Assembly (NCBI GenBank): GCA_031441465.1
Contig: JANOEP010000051.1
Location: forward strand, 1 to 26,908
Direction of reading: 5' to 3'
Length of the DNA: 26,908 nt
DNA from: a bacterium
GTDB taxonomy: Bacteria; Krumholzibacteriota; Krumholzibacteriia; LZORAL124-64-63
The translations under genes and the position numbers were made by a program. Shown here in pieces: positions 22,691 to 26,908 of this stretch. The notes under the pieces are model-generated. The model made no database searches and was not told the origin of the DNA. It saw only the letters and a list, made by a program, of their open reading frames with translations. The number at the start of each line of letters is the position of its first letter. Within the stretch, counting starts at the first letter, position 1.

Positions 22691-23670
22691 TTCGAGACGC
22701 TGTCGTCTACCACGCGCCGCTGGACGCGACCGCCGACACGCTGACGGTCAGCGGGCGGGCGGTGCGGCTCGTCGACGCGGTCCTGCGCGATCTGGATCTG
22801 CCGCCCGACCTGCCGCTGGCCTACCACCTGCAGGACCACAACCGGCGGCGCGCCGAGGAGCAGTTCCTGGGCTGGACGGTGCCGGTGCTGGACCGCCTGC
22901 GCGAGCGCGGCCACGGGCTGACCACGCTCGCGCCCGTCGCGGGGCCGAGCGTCGACGCCGTCGGCGTGCCGCTGCAGGACGCCGCCGTGCCTTTCGCCTC
23001 CCTGGCCCGCGACGCGCACGACGCCCCCGGCCTGCTCATCGGGTTGCGCCTGGGCTGCCACCCGCGATCCGGCTTGGCCGGGGCGGTGCGGGCCACCGCG
23101 CTGGCCTGCGCCTCGGCCGACGGGAAGCGCGCCCTGCAGCAGGGGGTGCAGCCGCGCATCGAGCGCGCCGTCTGCGGCGGCTGCGGCATGTGCGTGACGC
23201 TTTGCGGCAACGACGGCGTGCGTCACAACGGCCACGTCGCGGTGATCCGCCCCGAGGCCTGCCTGGCCTGCGGGGACTGCCTGGCCGAGTGCCACACCGG
23301 CGCCCTGAAGTTCCCGGCCGGGGGGGGGGACGTCCTGCAGGCGCGCCTGGGCGCCTACGCGGCCGCCGTCGTGCGCGGCAAACCGCGGCGCGGCGTCTGG
23401 CTGGCCTTCCTGCTGGGCGAGCCCCAGCGTCGGGCCGCCAACCTGGCTCGTGCGGCCGCCTTGCCGGATCTCGGCGTGCTGGCCGCGGCCGATCCCGTCG
23501 CCCTGGACCTCGCCGCCGCGGCGTTGCTGGAGGCCGCCGCCGGCCCGGGATGGGCCGCGGTCGGCAACCCGGACCTCGAGCCGGGGCTGGACCCGCTGGC
23601 GGCGGTTCGGGAAGCCGCCCGGCTGGGCGCCGAGGTCCGGGACGCCCCCCGCATCGTGACCGTGGGCTAG
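22687..23670 (+). CDS. DUF362/COG2768-like protein with 2x[4Fe-4S] ferredoxin insert (divergent)
   Basis: ATG 22687 overlaps the upstream stop. CGGCGMCVTLC and CLACGDCLAEC. ACASADGK and PDLGVLAAADPVALD flank the ferredoxin. Confidence 0.75.
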   Translation: MIRDAVVYHAPLDATADTLTVSGRAVRLVDAVLRDLDLPPDLPLAYHLQDHNRRRAEEQFLGWTVPVLDRLRERGHGLTTLAPVAGPSVDAVGVPLQDAAVPFASLARDAHDAPGLLIGLRLGCHPRSGLAGAVRATALACASADGKRALQQGVQPRIERAVCGGCGMCVTLCGNDGVRHNGHVAVIRPEACLACGDCLAECHTGALKFPAGGGDVLQARLGAYAAAVVRGKPRRGVWLAFLLGEPQRRAANLARAAALPDLGVLAAADPVALDLAAAALLEAAAGPGWAAVGNPDLEPGLDPLAAVREAARLGAEVRDAPRIVTVG

Positions 23671-23706
23671 TCCGGAACGGCCGGGATCCCGAGGCCGGGA
23701 TTGCGG

Positions 23707-23735
23707 TTGACCCGTCCGTGACCGGTGCCTATAAT
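23707..23735 (+). promoter_or_regulatory. Near-consensus sigma70 promoter for secDF (TTGACC-N17-TATAAT)
   Basis: -35 at 23707-23712, -10 at 23730-23735, 17-bp spacer. Confidence 0.85.
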
Positions 23736-23888
23736 GGCCGGTGCTGTTCCGGCGGCTTGCTGCGGTGCGGCCGCTCGGGATGTTCTGCCTTTCCGAGCAC
23801 GTTTTGACGTGTTTTTTTTACGCGTGCGGAGGCGGCCCCGCCCTGCCACCGCACCGCAAGCGCTCGGCCCGAGACCAAAGAGGCGCTC

Positions 23889-25574
23889 ATGAACCGCTCC
23901 CAGACCCTGTGGTCGATCCTGATCGTCGTGCTGATCGCGTTCTCCCTGTGGGGGCTCTACCCGACGTGGCGGGCCTCCCGGGTGGACGCTTCGATGTTGG
24001 CGCGCGCCGCCTCGGATCCGGCCCTCCAGGCCAAGATCGACGGCTGGAACGCCAAGGCCATCCGCAAGGGCCTCGATCTCCAGGGCGGGATGTACCTGGT
24101 CCTGGAGGTCAACACCGAGGGCATGTCCGCCGCCCAGGCCAGCGACGCGCTGAGCCGGGTCGTGGAGATCCTGCGCAACCGCGTCGACCAGTTCGGCGTC
24201 AGCGAGCCGGAGATCAAGCCCCTCGGCAACAACCGCATCATCGTGCAGCTGCCGGGCCTGCAGGATCCCGAGCGAGCCAAGAGCCTGATCGGCTCGACCG
24301 CCCGCCTCGAATTCCGTCTGGTACGGCCCTGGGAAGACGCCGCGTTCGTGGCCACCAAGCTCGACGAGGCCCTCAAGACCGCGGCCGCCGTTGCACCCGC
24401 CACGACGACCGAGGTGGCCGCCTCCGCCGCCGCGGCGGCTCCCGGCGCCGACGACGCGCTCGGCGACCTTCCGGCCCTGCCGGGCGAGCAGGGGACGGAA
24501 GCCGAGCTGTCGGTCGAGCATCCCTTCTCGAGCCTCGTCATCGTGGACCAGGGTTTGGGCCAGTACGGCGGCAGCTACATGTTCGTGCCCTTGGAGGCCG
24601 TGGAACAGGTGCGCAACCTGCTGGCCGGTCCCGCGGCGCGCGTGATCCCGCGCGACATGGAACTGCAGTTCGGCATGGACGAGCGCGCGCCCTTCGGCCA
24701 GCCGGGCGTGTTCCTGTTCCTGATGGACCGCACGCCGTCGCTGACCGGCGACCGCCTGACCACCGCCATGAGCAAGCCCGACCCCGAGAAGCCGGGCATG
24801 TTCCAGGTCAACTTCTCGCTCGACCGCCGCGGCTCGCGCATCTTCGGCGAGACCACCGGCGCCAACGAGGGCCGCTTCCTGGCCATCAGCCTGGACGGCA
24901 AGGTGAAGTCGGCGCCCCAGATCATCACCAAGATCACCGATTCCGGCTCGATCACCGGCAGCTTCACCAGCGCCCAGGCCAGCGACCTCGCCCTGATGCT
25001 GCGCGCCGGCGCCCTGCCCGTGGACGTGCGCATCGAGGAGGAGCGGGTCATCGGTCCGAGCCTCGGCCGCGACTCCATCGAGCAGGGCCTGAAGGCGGGC
25101 TGGATCGGCGCGGCACTGGTCGTGATCTTTCTGCTGATCTACTACCAGGCCGTCGGCGCGGTCGCCGTGCTGGCCCTGGCCGTCAACATGCTGTTCCTGA
25201 TGGCGACGCTGGCGCAGTTCGACCTGGTGCTGACGCTGCCCGGCATCGCGGGCATCTTCCTGACCATCGGCATGGCGGTGGACGCCAACGTGCTGATCAA
25301 CGAGCGCATCCGCGAGGAGTTGCGCCGCGACAAGACGACCCGCGCCGCCGTCGACTCCGGCTACCACAACGCGATGCGGACCATCATCGACTCCAACGTG
25401 ACGACGCTGATCGCGGGCATCGTGCTGCTCTGGTTCGGCACCGGGCCGATCAAGGGCTTCGCCATCACCCTGAGCATCGGCATCCTGACGAGCATGTTCA
25501 CCGCGCTGGTGCTGACGCGGGTCATCCTGGAGACGTACACGCGCAGCCGCACGAACGCGACGCTGAGAATCTGA
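23889..25574 (+). CDS. secD: Protein translocase subunit SecD
   Basis: KGLDLQGG, RNRVDQFGVSEP, RIIVQLPG, LRAGALP, IGPSLG, GMAVDANVLINERIREE, IIDSNVTT, GPIKGFA. Confidence 0.97.
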   Translation: MNRSQTLWSILIVVLIAFSLWGLYPTWRASRVDASMLARAASDPALQAKIDGWNAKAIRKGLDLQGGMYLVLEVNTEGMSAAQASDALSRVVEILRNRVDQFGVSEPEIKPLGNNRIIVQLPGLQDPERAKSLIGSTARLEFRLVRPWEDAAFVATKLDEALKTAAAVAPATTTEVAASAAAAAPGADDALGDLPALPGEQGTEAELSVEHPFSSLVIVDQGLGQYGGSYMFVPLEAVEQVRNLLAGPAARVIPRDMELQFGMDERAPFGQPGVFLFLMDRTPSLTGDRLTTAMSKPDPEKPGMFQVNFSLDRRGSRIFGETTGANEGRFLAISLDGKVKSAPQIITKITDSGSITGSFTSAQASDLALMLRAGALPVDVRIEEERVIGPSLGRDSIEQGLKAGWIGAALVVIFLLIYYQAVGAVAVLALAVNMLFLMATLAQFDLVLTLPGIAGIFLTIGMAVDANVLINERIREELRRDKTTRAAVDSGYHNAMRTIIDSNVTTLIAGIVLLWFGTGPIKGFAITLSIGILTSMFTALVLTRVILETYTRSRTNATLRI

Positions 25575-25627
25575 ACAGCCGCCGCGCGGTGGCAGTGGGG
25601 GCCCTCGGCCCCGGGAGAGGATCCGGC

Positions 25628-26548
25628 ATGCAGTTTTTCCAGCAGACGAACATCAAGTTCACCAAGCTGTTCCCGTACGCGATCGGGCTGTCCTGGCTGC
25701 TGATCGCCGCGGGCCTCGTCTCGCTGATCGCGCACGGCGGGCCGCGCCTGAGCATCGACTTCACCGGCGGCACCGTGCTGCAGGTGAGGATGACGCCGGC
25801 GCCGGACATCGGGCAGATCCGCTCGCTCCTCGAGCAGGGCGGCTACAAGGACGCCCAGGTCCAGGACTTCGGGTCCACCGACGAGTTCCTGATCACGTTC
25901 ACCGGGATCGCCAAGACGGGCCAGGACGCTGCGTCGACGATGCAGCATCTGCTGGAGGCGGGGCTGCCCAGCAGCAAGATCGAGATGCGGCGCTCGGAGT
26001 CGGTCGGGCCGAAGATCGGCAGCGAGCTGAAGACCGCCGCCGTGAACTCGATCCTCGTGGCCATCGCCCTGATCGTGGTCTACATCTCGTTCCGCTTCAT
26101 CTTCAAGTACGGGGTCGCGGCGGTCATCGCCCTGGTCCACGACGTGACGATCACCCTGGGCCTGTTCTCGATCCTGAACAAGGAGATCTCGCTCAGCATC
26201 ATCGCGGCGTTCCTGACGCTCGTCGGCTATTCGATCAACGACACGGTCGTCGTCTTCGACCGCATCCGCGAGAACATGAAGCTGCGCAAGCGGGGAGAGT
26301 CCTACTCGGCGGTGGTCGACCGCTCGATCAACGAGACGCTCAACCGCACGATCATCACCGGTCTGACGACGCTGATGGTCTCGGCGATGCTGTACTTCTT
26401 CGGCGGGCCGGTGATCCACGACTTCATGTTCGCCCTGTTCTTCGGCATGATCATCGGCACCTACTCGTCGGTCTTCGTCGCCGCCCCGATCCTGGTCTGG
26501 TGGCACGAGCGGCGGGTCTCGGACCCGCGGCGCCGCGAAGCCATGTGA
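25628..26548 (+). CDS. secF: Protein translocase subunit SecF
   Basis: ATG 25628 follows GGAGAGG. IDFTGG, VGPKIG, ALVHDV, GYSINDTVVVFDRIRE, GTYSSVFVA. Confidence 0.97.
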   Translation: MQFFQQTNIKFTKLFPYAIGLSWLLIAAGLVSLIAHGGPRLSIDFTGGTVLQVRMTPAPDIGQIRSLLEQGGYKDAQVQDFGSTDEFLITFTGIAKTGQDAASTMQHLLEAGLPSSKIEMRRSESVGPKIGSELKTAAVNSILVAIALIVVYISFRFIFKYGVAAVIALVHDVTITLGLFSILNKEISLSIIAAFLTLVGYSINDTVVVFDRIRENMKLRKRGESYSAVVDRSINETLNRTIITGLTTLMVSAMLYFFGGPVIHDFMFALFFGMIIGTYSSVFVAAPILVWWHERRVSDPRRREAM

Positions 26549-26570
26549 TCGATCCGGGTTCCGGACCGGG

Positions 26571-26596
26571 AGGGCGCCCAACGGGGCGCCCTTTTT
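26571..26596 (+). terminator. Intrinsic terminator after secF
   Basis: AGGGCGCCC-aacg-GGGCGCCCT followed by TTTT. Confidence 0.88.
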
Positions 26597-26662
26597 CGTA
26601 CACGCTCGTACCGGGGGGGCGACGCGGACCGGGTGCCGGCCGCCGCCCGGATCCGCCGGTCC

Positions 26663-26688
26663 GGAACGGACGAACCGGAACCGGCGTT
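26663..26688 (+). promoter_or_regulatory. Candidate ECF-sigma promoter GGAAC-N17-CGTT
   Basis: Exact match to a motif used by several ECF sigma groups. Intergenic, ~75 nt upstream of the last ORF. Confidence 0.35.
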
Positions 26689-26761
26689 TCCTGGAGACCG
26701 GCCTTGGGTTAGGATCGAGGGCAGCCCGCCGCACGCACGCGGCGGCATCAGGGGAGGCCTC

Positions 26762-26908
26762 GTGCCGCATCGCGCCCGCGCCTGGACCGTCACCGCCCTG
26801 CTGCTGCTGCTCGGGCAGGGCGCCGTGCTCGTCGTGTCCGGCACCGGAGCGCCCGGCGTCGCCGCTGCCGAGGACGTAGCCCTCCTCCATCAGCATCTTG
26901 AGCTGGTC
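26762..26908 (+). CDS. N-terminus of a probable secreted protein (partial)
   Basis: GGGGAGG then GTG. MPHRARAWTVTALLLLLGQGAVLVVSG...VAAA-ED resembles a signal peptide. Open to the window end. Confidence 0.55.
   Translation, partial: MPHRARAWTVTALLLLLGQGAVLVVSGTGAPGVAAAEDVALLHQHLELV

Noticed and set aside
23671..23888. yajC or an arrest-peptide uORF upstream of secD
   Set aside because: The gap is only 218 bp and contains the promoter. There is no TM-encoding ORF with an SD and no RAPP/RAGP-like ending.
23741..26548. 935-aa ORF ending in SecF, suggesting a frameshifted SecDF fusion
   Set aside because: secD has a normal stop and secF has its own SD and ATG after a 53-bp gap. The open alternative frame is explained by GC bias.

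Overview
Positions ~518-26908 are a high-GC (about 70% in hand-counted lines) diderm bacterial chromosome segment with every gene on the + strand: moxR (5'-truncated), DUF58, BatA/vWA protein, nifU, nifS, mfd, a two-module PPIase lipoprotein, a SurA-like chaperone, holB, ricT/PSP1, tatD, rsmA, a large unannotated outer-membrane beta-barrel, three related ~200-aa lipoproteins, a divergent polysaccharide deacetylase, a degenerate DUF362/2x[4Fe-4S] protein, secD, secF and the start of a secreted protein. Positions 1-517 are compositionally foreign and encode the catalytic half of CheB on the minus strand (missed by the ORF track). This fragment is joined to moxR with both genes cut at the same point, which is most likely an assembly or amplification chimera. 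The best candidate for an undescribed system is the beta-barrel plus lipoprotein module (17386-21653): the barrel is translationally coupled to one lipoprotein and followed by two tandem paralogs, each with its own promoter and terminator. A structured, terminator-like leader upstream of secDF is the second candidate. No rRNA, tRNA, CRISPR array or mobile element was seen. All family calls come from motif recognition by eye, not database searches. An FCB-related lineage (e.g. Krumholzibacteriota/Latescibacterota) is only a guess.
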